Shown: piece by piece, positions 13,618 to 27,912 of the stretch
How the letters are laid out: each line of letters begins with the position of its first letter
How positions within the stretch are numbered: position 1 is the stretch's first letter
NCBI GenBank assembly: GCA_028534125.1
Contig: CM052816.1
Location: 85,624,001-85,688,000 of the forward strand
Source of the DNA: Lama glama
Taxonomy: Eukaryota
Direction of reading: 5' to 3'
DNA: 64,000 bases
Made by a program: the position numbers and the translations under genes
The notes under the pieces: model-generated
Databases searched by the model: none
Told to the model about the DNA's origin: nothing
What the model saw: the letters and a program-made list of their open reading frames with translations, nothing else

Positions 13618-14089
13618 ATGATGACAGGTAGCATGATTCTCACCATAAATTTCAAAGCCCCAGCAATGAGGCTAAATGAGCCAGCATATAGAGAGATCTG
13701 AGAATGTCTCTGTCCTTGACTCCCAGGAACGATCTATAATAACATTTTGCAATCCATTGTTCAACTTAAGGCCCAAAACAACACACTTGACAGAAAAGGA
13801 AAATCTTCATGGCCACACGATTCACATAGTTCTCATGCTTGTCTTACTTTATAACTTATATTTGTTTAAAGTAGTTGGTTCACAGGGAATTTGGATATAA
13901 CACTAATTCAGTTGAGCTAAACCTCAGTGCTGTGGGTCATGTCAAAAGCAAAGGGAAGAAATGTAGTTACCAAACTGCAGTTTTCTATGACTCCAGGTTC
14001 AGGACCACAAAGCAGCTGTTGTAAAAATCAACCTTCAGCTTTTCAGTTTATATTACAATTTAGTGAATAAACATTCCCAAGGAAAATAG
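13618..14089 (+). pseudogene. Candidate exon E3 (phase 0 to 2 only if one frameshift is allowed)
   Basis: Acceptor TTCTTTGTAACTCAAG, donor ATAG|GTCAGG. Starts MMTGSMILTINFKAPAMRLNEPAYREI*ECLCP*LPGTIYNNILQSIVQLKAQ and ends in another frame ...INIPKEN. Several stops. Confidence 0.3.
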
Positions 14090-14404
14090 GTCAGGCGGCA
14101 ATGGAAGCTTCACCCTTAATGAGACCTTAGGAACTTTCTAAGAACTTACTTTCTAGGAGATTTCTAGGAACTTAGTATTTTGAATAAACGTCCTAAAGTC
14201 AAATCCAACTATACTCATTAAATGTAAATTAACAGAAAATACAAATACATTATTCCCTCACTGATTAAAACTCTTAACAATACAAAAGATATATAAAAAA
14301 GGAAAGTATATTTTCTAACTCCTGTAAAATAAAGCCAGATAACAATATAAAGCCGAACTTTTCCATACATTTGGAAATTAAACAAATTTTAAGGGAATAT
14401 ATAA

Positions 14405-15840
14405 ATCAATGGCACAAAAACAGGTACACAGATTAATGAAACAGAATAAAGAGCCCAGAAATAAATCCATGCACTAACGGTTGATTAATCTATGGCAAAG
14501 GATGCAAGAATATACAATGGAGAAAAGACAGTCTCTTCAATAAGTGGTGTTGGGAAAGCTGGACAGCTATGTGTAAAACAATGGAAATAGTATATACTCT
14601 AACATCATACTCTTAGAGGAAAACATAGGCAGAACATTCTTTGACATAAATCATAGCAATATTTTTATTATGGCACACAAAATTAAAAAAAAACAAAAAA
14701 GTGCATATTTTATTTTTTTCCTAAAGCAAAAGAAATAAAAGCAAAATAAACAAAAGAGACCTAATTAAACATAAAAGTTTTTGCACAGCAAAGAAAATCA
14801 TCAACAAAATATAAAGACAACCTACTGAATGGGAGAAAATATTTGTAAATGATATGACTGATAAGAGGTTAATATCCAATACATATAGATAACATACAAC
14901 TTAATATCAAAAAACAAAAACAAAATACGTATTAAAAATAGGCAGAAAAACTGAATAGACATTTTTCCAAAGAGGAAATGCAGATGGCCAATAAGCATAT
15001 GACAAGATGCTCAACATTGCAAATCATCAGGGACGTGCAAATCAAACTACAATGAGATATCACCACACATTCATCAGAATGTCTATCATCAAAAAGAAAA
15101 TAAATAACAAATGTTGGCAAGAATGTGGAGAAAAGGGAATCCTTGTACACTGTTAGTGGGAATGTAAATTGGTGCAGCCACTGTGGAAAACAGTATGGAA
15201 GTTTCTCAAAAAGCAAAAAATAGAGCTACTATACAACCCAGCAATTCTACTCCTGTGTATGTACCTGAAAAAACAAAAACAAAAACACTAATTTGAAATG
15301 ATACATGCACCCCAATGTTCATAGTAGCATTATTTACAATTGCCAAGATATGGAAGCAACCTAACTGTTCAACAGATGAATGGATAAAGAAGATTGGCAC
15401 ATATATACAATGAAATACTAGTCAGCCACAAAAAGGCTAAAAATTTTGTCATTTGTTGCAATGTGGATGGGCCTAGACGGTACCATGCTAGTGAAACGTC
15501 AGACACAGAAAGACAAATACCATATAATATCACTTATATGTGGAATCTAAAAAAATACAACAAACTAATGAAAGTAACAAAAAAAAAGCCAACTCATAGA
15601 TATAGACAACAAACTAGTGGTTACCAGTGGGAAGGGGGAAAAGGAAAGGGGCAAGATAGGAGTAAGGGATTAAGAGATATAAACTATTAGCCATAAAATA
15701 AGTTACAAGGATATATTGTACAACATATAGCCAATATTTTATAACTATAAATGGAATATAACCTTTAAAATTGTGAATAACTATATTGTATATCTGTAAC
15801 TTGTATATCAACTGTACTTTAATTTAAAAAAAGAAAAAAG
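14405..15840 (+). mobile_element. 5'-truncated L1 (ORF2 C-terminus, 3'UTR and A-tail)
   Basis: Classic ORF2 end motifs (CCCCAATGTTCATAGTAGCATTATTTACAATTGCCAAG); A-rich tail 15826-15840. Confidence 0.92.
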
Positions 15841-16189
15841 TAATAAAATTAAAATAAAATACAAACTCCTAGAAAGGTTTTGAAAACAAATATATGGATC
15901 AAAAAATACAAATAATAAAAATATGCTTTGAGTTAAATTGTAACAAAGACACAAAGTTATAAAAAACAGTATGATTGGATGAAAATTTACAACCATAACT
16001 GTATATATTAAGAAAGATGGAAAGATAAAAATAAATTATGTTTACAATTCAAAAGTTAAAAAAGCAAAGTAAAAATTAAAATTAGAAGACAATTAAAATA
16101 AAATTTAAAAACTACAATGGTGATGAAACTATGATTTAGTTATTTGAAATGCATGAAAGATGTTTAAAATGAATAATGATATTGAAAGA

Positions 16190-16920
16190 TATATCACAAT
16201 CAATTTATAGATAAATAAGTATATTATGAACAATTTCTTGTCAGTAAACTTGAGAATTTAGAAAAAGAAAAAGATAGAAAATTACCAAACTGATAAGATG
16301 AAATACAAATTGAATCTCTAATTAAGAGATCTCTAAACCCAGATGGCATGCTAGTGGATACAATCAAATTTTTTTAAAATATTTTTAATTTGGAAAATCA
16401 ATTTCAGGGACTAGAAAAGGTAGTTAAATAGTATAACAATTTTACCAGGTTAATGTAACATTTAAACCAAAATACAACAAGAATATTACAAGATAGAAAA
16501 TATAGCCAGATATCTACTCAATATAGATGCAAAATACTGAATAAAATATTATTAAATTAAATTTAACAACATTAAATGAAGAATGTGTCACAGCCAATTA
16601 GGTATTAGTCAAGGAATTCAGTTTGTTTAAAATTAAAAATATCATTCAAATTTACTTACTGAAAGTAACTAAAAATTAAATAATAAAACTTACATGATCA
16701 ACTCAATAAGTGCAGAAAGAATTTCACTTGGCAACTTCATTATAAAATATTCTTACAAAATATTCTAATATAGGAATAAAAGAACTGTTCTTAATCTGAT
16801 ATATGTACAGACAATTTTGGACATTATTAAGAAGAGCAAAGAAAACTTAGTAAGTGGAGGGAACTATATTCATAGATTGCTGAAGCACTTAATAATGTGA
16901 AGATGTATAATCTTCTGAAG
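16190..16920 (+). mobile_element. Ancient L1 ORF2 fragment
   Basis: CCCAGATGGC..., ATATAGATGCAAAATACTGAATAAAATATT and CATGATCAACTCAATAAGTGCAGAAA (degenerate RT region). Confidence 0.7.
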
Positions 16921-17034
16921 AACAATTTTTTTTTGCAATACATGTTAAGGAGATATTCTTCTTAGTTCATAGTTACATGAGGTGTTGAATTTTTCTTTCA
17001 GATTATATAAAAGATATGAAATTTGCTGTCAGTG

Positions 17035-17233
17035 TTGAGATCTCCTTATAACAAGAGGAGATTAGAAAAGACTGTATCAAGACATAGGGAGAAGCTGGCC
17101 ACTCAGAAGACACCAAGTCGACAGGCACATTGGTCCTGAGCTTCTAGCTTCAGGACTGTGAGAAAGTAAATTTCTATTGTTTAAGCCATGCAATCTATAG
17201 TATTTTTTTTGGCAACCCTAACAAATGAATACA
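17035..17233 (+). mobile_element. MLT1 LTR 3' fragment
   Basis: GACTGTGAGAAAGTAAATTTCTATTGTTTAAGCC...GGCAACCCTAACAAATGAATACA. Confidence 0.75.
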
Positions 17234-18828
17234 CCTGGATTTTATAATGTGCTTAGGGCCAAAACAGCTTTAGTGCTCTGTCTAATTATCAGATTTGCTA
17301 TTTGTGTGCACATACACACACACATACATACACACACGTATATGTGTCTGTGTTCATGTGTATAAATAAAATAATTACTCAATATCTCCTACATTCCTGC
17401 CATAGTCTATTTTGCTGAAGTACGACATACTCTTGATAAGAATGTGTACTCTGTTATGCTTATGTGAAACATTCTATTAGGTCAAATTGGTTGATCATTA
17501 AGAATACATACACAGTTTGTTCATTTAAGTACTATTTGTCATAGCAGAAAGTTGACAGCAATTTGTGTGTTCATTGTTGGAAGAGTAGAGGGGTAAAATG
17601 TGGTGTATTGAATAAACATAAATCATCAATGAGTGAAAATAAATCAGCAGTTAGGAGCAATAGATGAATAGTACTTACTCCACATGAATATTAAAAACAT
17701 AATATTAAGTGAAAATAGAGGCATTAGAGATGTGGTGTATGAAATAGTAGATATGGAGTGTAGGCATAGAAGGGAATAAAAAAATAAGAAAGCAAGTGAG
17801 GGAGTTTGCATATACTGGTGATGATATGTTGACATAACTTGGGAGCACGAGAAATTCAACTCTTCTCAACCATTCTTCACCCTAAAATTTACATAGCGCA
17901 TCTAGCAAAACCCAGTTTCTATTTATGTTGGTTGTAGAATCCTTCAAAATGAAATCTAGTGACTATATAAATGTACAATAATATGCATAGGCAATATTCT
18001 TGTAATTTGCAATTTTTTTCAGGGTCTAGCTGGGCACATTTAAATCAGTCTAATTGTTCAGTGAACATCATATTTATCTTTATTCACTTTAATTCACTTT
18101 CAATAAAGGCAGCCGGCTACAAGAAAAACTTAATATGTCATGAGAAAAGCTATACAAAACTTGCAAATCTAAAGACATAATCATTAGTTAAATTATAGAA
18201 AACTCAGGTGAAAATATCTATCTTGAATTGTAGGAATAAATAACATTGTTGGCAAGACAAGCGTATCTTTGTTCTGAAATACAATAAGTTGAAATAGGAA
18301 GATATTCTTAACTGTATCTGTTAAAAGTCAGAGAAAACAAATTTAGAATGCCTAAAGTTACTTTTTTAGCTGAATTTAGCTTTTAAAAGCACAGAATCAG
18401 TAATACTTCACTTAAGCTGTTAATACTGATTAATTAAAATACAAGATGTAGGGAATGGAGGGGAGCTGCACATACACACAGACACATAAACACACATATA
18501 CATGTAGACAGATGCATACATGGACCAGGACACTCATTGCCTTTCAAAATTAGGTCAAACACACATTCCTTTTTGACTATCCTATTATAGCAGCACATAC
18601 CAATTACTAAATATTACAAGTAACTTTCTTTGGCCCCATGTGGGAACAATAGTGGCGTTATTAGATCTAATTGAGATAAAATGGCACATACTTTGAAAAG
18701 GTAAATATCTGACAATGTATTTAAATTGCATCTGGTATGAGCCCCTAAACATTCCAAAAAAAAGCTTTTTGGACTCTAATCATAGATTATAGGTTAATGA
18801 TGATAGATAACAGATAAATAGATATACA

Positions 18829-19149
18829 GAGGCACATCTCATTTTACTGTACTTCCTCTATTGTGCTTTGCAGATCCTGCATTTTTACATATTGACGGTT
18901 TGTGGCAACCCTGAATTTTCAGATTATAATGAGTCTTTTTTAAGCAAAAAAAGTCTTTTTAAATTAAGATATTTAAATTATTTGGACATAATGCTATTGC
19001 ACACTTAAGAGACTGCAGTATAGTGTAAACAGAACTTTTATATGCATTGGGAAACAAAAAAAAAATTTTCTTGTGTCTTGCTTTATTGCTTTAATCGCTT
19101 TATTATGGTGGTCTGGAAATGAATCCAGAATATCTGTGAGGTATGCCCG
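18829..19149 (+). mobile_element. Tigger1-derived non-autonomous DNA transposon
   Basis: Degenerate termini GGCACATCTC...GAGGTATGCCCG followed by TA; internal GTTTGTGGCAACCCTG and AATGCTATTGCACACTTAA. Confidence 0.85.
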
Positions 19150-19199
19150 TAGATAGATAGGATGAAAATAAGTACACAAAACATAAACAAATAAATAAG

Positions 19200-21150
19200 G
19201 TTAACTTATTTCTAGAAACTGGAAGGAGTTTTACTACCTAGTTAAATATCCCTGGTTAAAAGGATATTAAAATTTGCATTTAAAATACAGAAAGCTGGAG
19301 AGAACATCAGTTCCCTTTGTGCAATAATGGCAAATATTCTAGAGCTGTAGTTTCTTTAACACATCAGCAAGCTAAGGTCCTAGGGCAACCAGCTTAATTT
19401 AAACATATGAAAAAATCAAAGACTCCAAAAATGGAATGTGAGCACTTGCTTACCAGCGGCATATGCTTCCAGATTCTATACAAATGAGTAAAAAAAAAAA
19501 AAAAAAAGCTGAAATTAATAATAAATTGCTAATGTTGGAACACAGTGTATTCTGAGAATACAGAATCTGGGGAACCACAGACACACAAAAACCTTTCACA
19601 CAGTTATAGTCTCTTTTACTTAGGTGTCACCCGGTCATCACAAGAAGCAATGCATACATGGAAAATGTCCTGAAAAAATCTTTCCTCCTGGCACAATCTT
19701 GGAGGCTAAAAAGAGAAGCCACCATGGGTAATAAATGTGTGTCCCACTCAGATCCTTCTGCTGTGTCTTCCCCAGAGAACAGAATTCCTCAACTGCTAGG
19801 GGCAGGGCTACAATGCCATAAGCATTGGTGAACACCTACAACAGATGGGGAAAGGGAGATTGAATTAGCACAGCAGAGATCATATTCAATCCCAATTTCC
19901 TATCATCAAGTTGTAAGGTATTAAGCAACAAATAACAGTAGTCTGCTGCTGGGAGAGGCGCAAGAAAATTGAAAGAGGAATTCTGAGTGGTTCATGAAAA
20001 AGCGAAGAATTAATACTGAGGGAGAAGCAGAAATTGAGGGAAACATTCTGGCAAAGTAGTCACAGTCCTAAACTAAAAGTAGAATGCAGGAATATAAAGC
20101 CTGTGGAGAACGGAGTTTAATAATGACAACAAGACCCAAACCAAGAAAAAATCTGGACTAGATTTGACTTAGCCCTCCAAATAATGTCATAACAAACTAA
20201 AGGTGTACTCATTCAAAGCATTAAACTATGTATCTCAGTATCCTGTTATCTTACACAAGTTGTCTGGCTTTCAACAAAATATGAGTTATACAAAGAAGCA
20301 AGAAAAACTCACTGTCAAGTAGGGTAGGGCAACCAACCATGATTTGCCCTAAATTCTGGACTTTCAAAGCCAAAGCTGGCAAAGATCTAGCAAACCAGGG
20401 TGAACTGATCACCTTATTATCAAGAGACCAAACAATGAACAGAAACAGAATGCAATATAAAACAGATTGGAAAAATCAGAAAAATTTAAACAAATGATCA
20501 TAGGCTTTAGTGAAAAAGATAAATAACATGCATAATGAAGGATATTTTTAGCAGAAATTCAGAATAGAGATTATAAGAAAAGAATCTGACATAAATGTTA
20601 CAAATGAAAAACAGTAACAGACGGAAAAAGAATGGTTATTAAGAAGACACATCATAGACCATAACTGAGGAAAGAATTAGTGAATATAAATATTGATTGA
20701 TAAAAATGACAAAATTAAAAACAATTAAAACACACACACACAAACAAGACAACATAGTGCATCCAAGAGGTATGGAACAATATAAAATACAGTGGTATAC
20801 ATTTGGGTAACTAGAAACTCATAAGAGAAGCAGAGAAAGAATTGGACAAGAGAAATAAAGAGATGAGTCGATAATTTTCTGAAATGAATAGCAGATTCCA
20901 AATCACAGATACAAAAGCTGAGAGAACTTCAAGCAAAATAAAATGTATACCTGGATATATCACATTTCAAACATCTGAAAATTAAAATTACAATCTTGAA
21001 GACAGCGAGAAATAAGACATATTGCATACAGAAGATCAAATAAAAGAATTACAGACAGTTTATCAGAAGACAATGGAATAACTTTAAGGTGAAGGGAAAA
21101 TTCTGGAATTCTATATTCATTTAAATTTTTTTGAAAAAAAGAAAAACACA
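19200..21150 (+). mobile_element. Old L1 5' region / ORF1 relics
   Basis: A-rich degenerate ORF1-like tracts (GAGGAAAGAATTAGTGAA, ATAATTTTCTGAAATGAAT, AATCTTGAAGACAGCGAGA). Confidence 0.6.
20325..20416. mobile_element. MER81-like hAT-Blackjack miniature element
   Basis: TAGGGCAACCAACC...GGACTTTCAAAGCCAAA...GATCACCTTA, with degenerate inverted termini. Confidence 0.6.
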
Positions 21151-21212
21151 GACTTTTCAGACAAACAAAACTGAATAGAAAAGGTCAGTGAAACTAAAAT
21201 CTGGTTCTTTAA

Positions 21213-22237
<1,025 letters not shown>

Positions 22238-22241
<4 letters not shown>

Positions 22242-22855
22242 TCTGGTTCTTTGAAAAGATAAGCAAAATCAATAAACTTTTAGTCAAACTCATCAAGAAA
22301 AAAAAGGGAGAAGGCCCAAATCAATAAAATCAGAAATGAAAAAGAAGTCATGACCAACAACACAGAAATACAAAGGATTATAAGAGAATACTACTAGCAA
22401 AAATATACCAATAAAATGGACAAAGTAGGAGAAATGGATACATTCTTAGAAAGGTACAATCTCCAAGACTGAACCACGAATAAATAGAAAATATGAACAG
22501 ACCAATTATCAGAACTGTAACTGAATCAGTAATTAAAATACTCCCAACAAACAAAAGTCTAGGACTAGATGGCTTCACAAGTGTATTCTATCAAACATTT
22601 CAAGAAGAGTTAAAACCTATCTTTCTGAAACTATTCCAAAAAATTCCAGAGGAAGGAACACTTCTGAACTCATTCTATGAAGCCACCATCACCCTAATAC
22701 CAAAAGAAGACAAAGATATCACACACAAAAAATAAAATTACAAGTAATATCTGTGATGAACATAAATGCAAAAATCCTCAACAAAATACTAGCGAACTGA
22801 CTGCAACAATATATTAAATGGATCATACACCATGACTTTATCCCAGGGATTCAGG
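22238..22855 (+). mobile_element. L1 ORF2 fragment (host of the RPSA retrocopy; 5' part at ~21160-21210)
   Basis: IWFFEKISKINK motif and ORF MNRPIIRTVTESVIKILPTNKSLGLDGFTSVFYQTFQEEL. Confidence 0.93.
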
Positions 22856-23004
22856 GCTTTGGCACGCGTTATTTAAGTATTTATAAGATAAGACAGCCAG
22901 GAAGCTTCAGTGAGCAGAAGAAAGTCATGGCATTCAAATTTCATTTTTCTCTTTTCCATATTATAATTATTTATTATTTTTGTTGTGAATGCTTTCTATT
23001 ATAC

Positions 23005-23201
23005 TGGGGGTTCAGCAAATTATGGCCTATCATTTTCTGTAAACAAAGTTTTATTGGAAAACAACCATACACATTTATTTACATGCTATCTATGTCTTTT
23101 CATGATACAATTGTAGAGCTGAGTAACTGTGACAGAGACCTTGTGGGCTGCAAATACTATTTATTATCTAGTCCGTCAGAGAAGAAGTTTGCTGACCCCT
23201 C
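23005..23201. mobile_element. MER58A-like hAT-Charlie element
   Basis: GGGGTTCAGCAAATTATGGCC...AAAGTTTTATTGGAA...GAGCTGAGTAACTGTGACAGAGACC...AAGTTTGCTGACCCCT. Confidence 0.88.
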
Positions 23202-26132
23202 TTCTACATCATTGACTTGTTTCTCTCATTCCTGCTACTACTTCCATAACTTAGGGACCAGAAGAAACAAAAACAAAACCTTCAATTTCATGCCATCTAT
23301 TTTCCACTGAGATTTAGAAATAGCTGCAAAGTTGACATTAAATGTAAAAGATATAATTATTAACTTCAGTGATCAAACTGTCTCTTTTAGGCTTCTTCAC
23401 TAGAATCTTTCAAATTATGATCAATCATATGTTCTAACATATTCCATTTAAAGGGTTTGTTTGAAAATATTATAAATGTATCTTACAGGTTTTATTTTTT
23501 TTTGGTTGCTATGTTACTATTGTGAAAAAAATGTGAAGGACTGATACCAATTTTTTTTTTACCATAATTTATCTTTAATACAAAAGTATGGCACTTGGTT
23601 TACAGTCATGCACTCAGCACGCCAAATAAGTGAATCTGCATCCTTCTATGATATTTATATTAGAGTTTGCATCAAGGTTGGTACATATATGTTTAGCTTA
23701 TTTAAGTAGTTTGACATAGGTACATTGTCTATGGCATTAGTAGATTTCAGTGTAATACCACATATATGAGGCTGATTATAATCTGAATATACTAGGTAGG
23801 CATTTCATAGTCTGTATTTAGAGAGATGTGTAATGACTCATTAAACTTTACATGGCATTTTGAAAATGGAAAAAGAGTAGACAAAATATTTCAAGACAGA
23901 GGCTTATAGCAGCACTGCTAGCAGAAAGAGTATATCCATATACAGTTCATGAACTGAATACATTTAGAATAAGTTAGTTAGATATGCCTATTAAATGCAT
24001 TCTGCATAATATTAACCCCTTTTTGGTTTTACTATCCAATTATAACTACCAACATTTGATCACCTATTTTGTCATATTTTATATTAAATATCCATGAATT
24101 ATACTCAATAGACACAGAATTTTGAGTACTATCACATGCATTTTAATCTTCTAATTTTCAATATATCACTTTGAAAATATTTTAAAATAAATTAATGTAT
24201 TACATTTATAAGAAAATTACTAAAAGAGAAAAGAGGTCATTAAAGGATAGTAGAATTTTAAAATATTTTATTCTATCATTTGCAGCTTTTAAAAATCAGA
24301 AATGATACACAAATAAAATGGATATAAATTTGAAATGAAGAATTTCCTTTTACTATATGTAAAAAATTTCAGCTTAAAGATTTTAGCATTAATGTGTCCA
24401 GTTCATCTAAGAGCATTTTCATTAAACTAATGCAAAATAAAAATGAGAATTAAAACTATATTCAGTTGCATAATAAAACAAATCTTACATATTTTACTTA
24501 AAATGTAGCCTGTTTAAAATATACATTGATAGATACAGAAGGCTTAAGGGATTCACATCTGCATATACTGATCTAAAAATAGATGACATCTTTATTAAGT
24601 ATGAAAAAATTTGTAAAATTTAAATCACACAAAAAGTAGCTAATAAAGTTCAACTATTTTATTCTGAATAATACTGGGGATACACTTGTTCTTTCAAGAC
24701 AGGAATAACTATGACAGTAACAACAGAAATATTTGTGATGAAATTTTTATCTAGATTTTAAATTGTATGTATTATGTAGAACAAGATATTTCTCCAGCTT
24801 TTTAATTTAGGAAATACATATACATCATTTTAATCATTGTCACTTACTGAGGAAAACTAGAAAGGCATTTAGAATGGTAGAATGCTATAAGACACAGAAG
24901 AAATTGAACATAGTTAAGAGCAAGCATATTCATAGAATAAATAGTTGAAAAATGAACAAAATGCTGGATCACTAAATTGGTGGTAAGCATGCATATTCAA
25001 ATTGAATTTTGGTCATGATAAGCACGATTTGATAGTTATTTTTCACTAAAAATATGCTTTTTTTTCAATTGGAGTACTATCAGCTATAATTTGTCAATAT
25101 CTGGTGTATAGTACAATGTCCCAGTCATGCATATACATACATAAAATATGCTTTATTATAGCTAAGCAGAAATTATTTTTCTCTTTGATGTTGATTCCTA
25201 TGCTAATCAACTGATTGACTTGTGACTTGTGCTGATTGACAGGGCAGAAAAGCAAAAGGTTTGCAATTAATAATTCTCTGCTGCTGCTGAGTCCCAAGAC
25301 CTTCATTTAAAATTATGCCACCATGTTCACAATTTAATCATAGCCCAAGAAATGAATATTATAGTTTTAATCAAAGCTTTTTTCTGACTAAATATAAGTA
25401 TCACCTTCTATAATATTTCAATATGACCCTAACATACATTTTAGTAGTTTTCTTTCAAAGAATGCCAGCATTATATTTTGGTCTTTATTATTTTGTTTAT
25501 CATTTACTTTTATTTTGTTTTAAGCTGATGTTTTCATGTTCATCCAACATAACCATGGCTAGCTAGTTACAGACACACATTTAGAGTAAGTATTTATTTT
25601 GGATGAGTCTATAATACTTACACTAAACCTCCATCTTTAGCACTCTGTAAAAATCTTTAACTGTAGCTACACATCTTCAATATGTAATAATTGACTCTCA
25701 AGTGTTGGCATTTTTTGACCAAATCAACATAGATTAACACAGATCACTAAAATATTAAGACATGGTGGCAAGCCTACCATCTTTGCACAAGGAACAATTT
25801 AGTCTAATGAAGGACTGAGCAATGTATGAAATATTTATATATCTTTGAAGTATTCTGAAGTTAAGGAGAAATAATATTAAAAAATATTAAGCACTTGAGA
25901 TAACATACAATAAAAAAAGCTGTAAGTATTAACCTGTCTATACTAAATAAAGTTTTAATTTATTAGTAGAAAAAGAGGGTTTGAAATGGTAGTGTTGAAC
26001 ATTCAAACCAAAATTCTTTTTTTTATATTGATCATGTTTATTTTTATAAATTATAGTTTGACATTTAGCACGTATATTGTCAGGCATCATGTCTACTGGT
26101 ATGAGAATCTACAGCAATCTCTCCTAAATACT

Positions 26133-27165
26133 CTTTTTTTTTTAAACTGAAGTATAGATGATTTATAGTGGTGTGTTATTTTCTGGTGTACAGCACAGTG
26201 ACTTGGTTTTATATATATGTATTATTTTTCATATTATTTTTCATTATAGGTTATTACAAGCTAATGCATGTAGTTCCCTGTGCTATACAATAGGATCTTG
26301 TTTTTTATCCATTTTATATTTAATAGTTTGTATCTGCTAATTCCAAACTCCTAATTTATCCCTCACCCCTCCACCTTTCCCCTTTGGAAATCATAAATTT
26401 GTTTTCTGTGTCTGTGAGTCTCTTTCTGTTTTGTAAATAGTTTATTTGTGTCATTTTTTTAGATTCCACATATAAGTGATATCATACGACTTTTGTCTTT
26501 CTCTGTCTGACTTACTTCACTTAGTATGATAATCTATATAGGTCTATCCATGTTGGTGAAATGGCATTATTTCACCCTTTTTTAAATGTCTGATTAGTAA
26601 TCCATTGTATGTATACCACAACTTCTTTATCCAATCAACTGTCGATGGACATTTAGGTTGCTTCTGTGTCTTGGCTATAGTAAATAATGATGCTGTGAAC
26701 ACTGGGGTGCATGCATCTTTTCAAATTAGAGATTTCTCCAGATATATGCCCAGGACTGGGGTTGTTTAATCATATGGTAACTCTATTTTTAAGATTTTTT
26801 TAAAGAAATCTCCATACTTTTTTCCATAGTGGCTTCAGCAAATTACAAAGAAAATCATAAACAAAATGAAAAGACAATCTACAGACTGGAAGAAAATATT
26901 TGCAAACGATGAGACTGACATGGGCTTAATTTCCAGAAAACACAAACGGTTCATATAACTCAATAATAACAATAAAAAACCCCAAAAGCTGTCCATTCAA
27001 AAAATGGGCAGAAGACCTAAATGGACATTTCTCCAATGAAGACATACAGATGGTCAACAGGCACATGGGAAGATGCTCAGCATCATTAATTTTCAGAAAA
27101 AATGCAAATCACAACCACAATGAGGGATCACCTCAGAACAGTCAGCATGGTCATCATTAAAAAGA
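26133..27165 (-). mobile_element. 5'-inverted L1 3' end
   Basis: T-tail at ~26134; antisense 3'UTR and ORF2 end to ~26846; then a sense-oriented upstream ORF2 piece 26847-27165. Confidence 0.88.
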
Positions 27166-27299
27166 TTCCTTTTAACAATGTTTAACTTAATGCAATATTT
27201 ATAGTTTAATAGAGTGAAGCATAATTTCATTTATTAGATTTTGGGGGGATTTTGTTTTCTTTCAGTTAAACACGAGCAAAACCATGACTCTCAATAGCA

Positions 27300-27520
27300 A
27301 TTTTTTTAACTTTTTTTTATTGAGTTATAATCATTTTACAATGTTGTGTGAAATTCCAGTGTAGAGCACAATTTTCCAGTTATACATGAACATACATATA
27401 TTAATTGTCATATTTTTTTTTGCTGTGAGCTACCACAAGATCTTGTATACATTTCCCTGTGCTGTACAGTATAACCTTGTTTATCTATTCTGCATATGCC
27501 TGTCAGTATCTACAATTTTA
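27300..27520 (-). mobile_element. Young lineage-specific L1 3' tip
   Basis: T-tail followed by ATTGAGTTATAATCATTTTACAATGTTGTG...GAGCTACCACAAGATCTTG...TTCCCTGTGCTGTACAG. Confidence 0.8.
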
Positions 27521-27728
27521 TTCGGCTCTGCATTCTACTCCACCCCCTTTCTCCTTCGGGAAGCACATATTTCCTTCTCTTTCCAATTATTATGATTCTA
27601 TAGCTTCTTTCATAGTAACATCCATACCTTGATTTTGTTAAAATTATACATGTAAAGTAATGGAAAATGCATTAATCTATCAGAATCTTCTCAAAGGCTT
27701 AATCTCACCAACCTTCAAACCTATTTAG

Positions 27729-27912
27729 GAGTAGAGACAATAGCAGTAACCATCCACACGTGAGCTATACTGAAGTCTGGTTATTCAGTGCTTTTTTGAC
27801 TCACTACACTTTGAGGAAGATTCTGAACAAGGGTTGTTTGATTAACTCGATTTGAAAGAACTCCATTGAGACAGTGGGGGATCAATGTCAACAATTCCTT
27901 AATTGTCTTGAG
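27729..27912 (+). pseudogene. Candidate exon E4 (phase 2-0)
   Basis: Acceptor CCTATTTAG. Reads SRDNSSNHPHVSYTEVWLFSAFLTHYTLRKILNKGCLINSI*KNSIETVGDQCQQFLNCLE with one TGA in 61 codons. Donor GAG|GTTTAA is weak. Confidence 0.38.
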
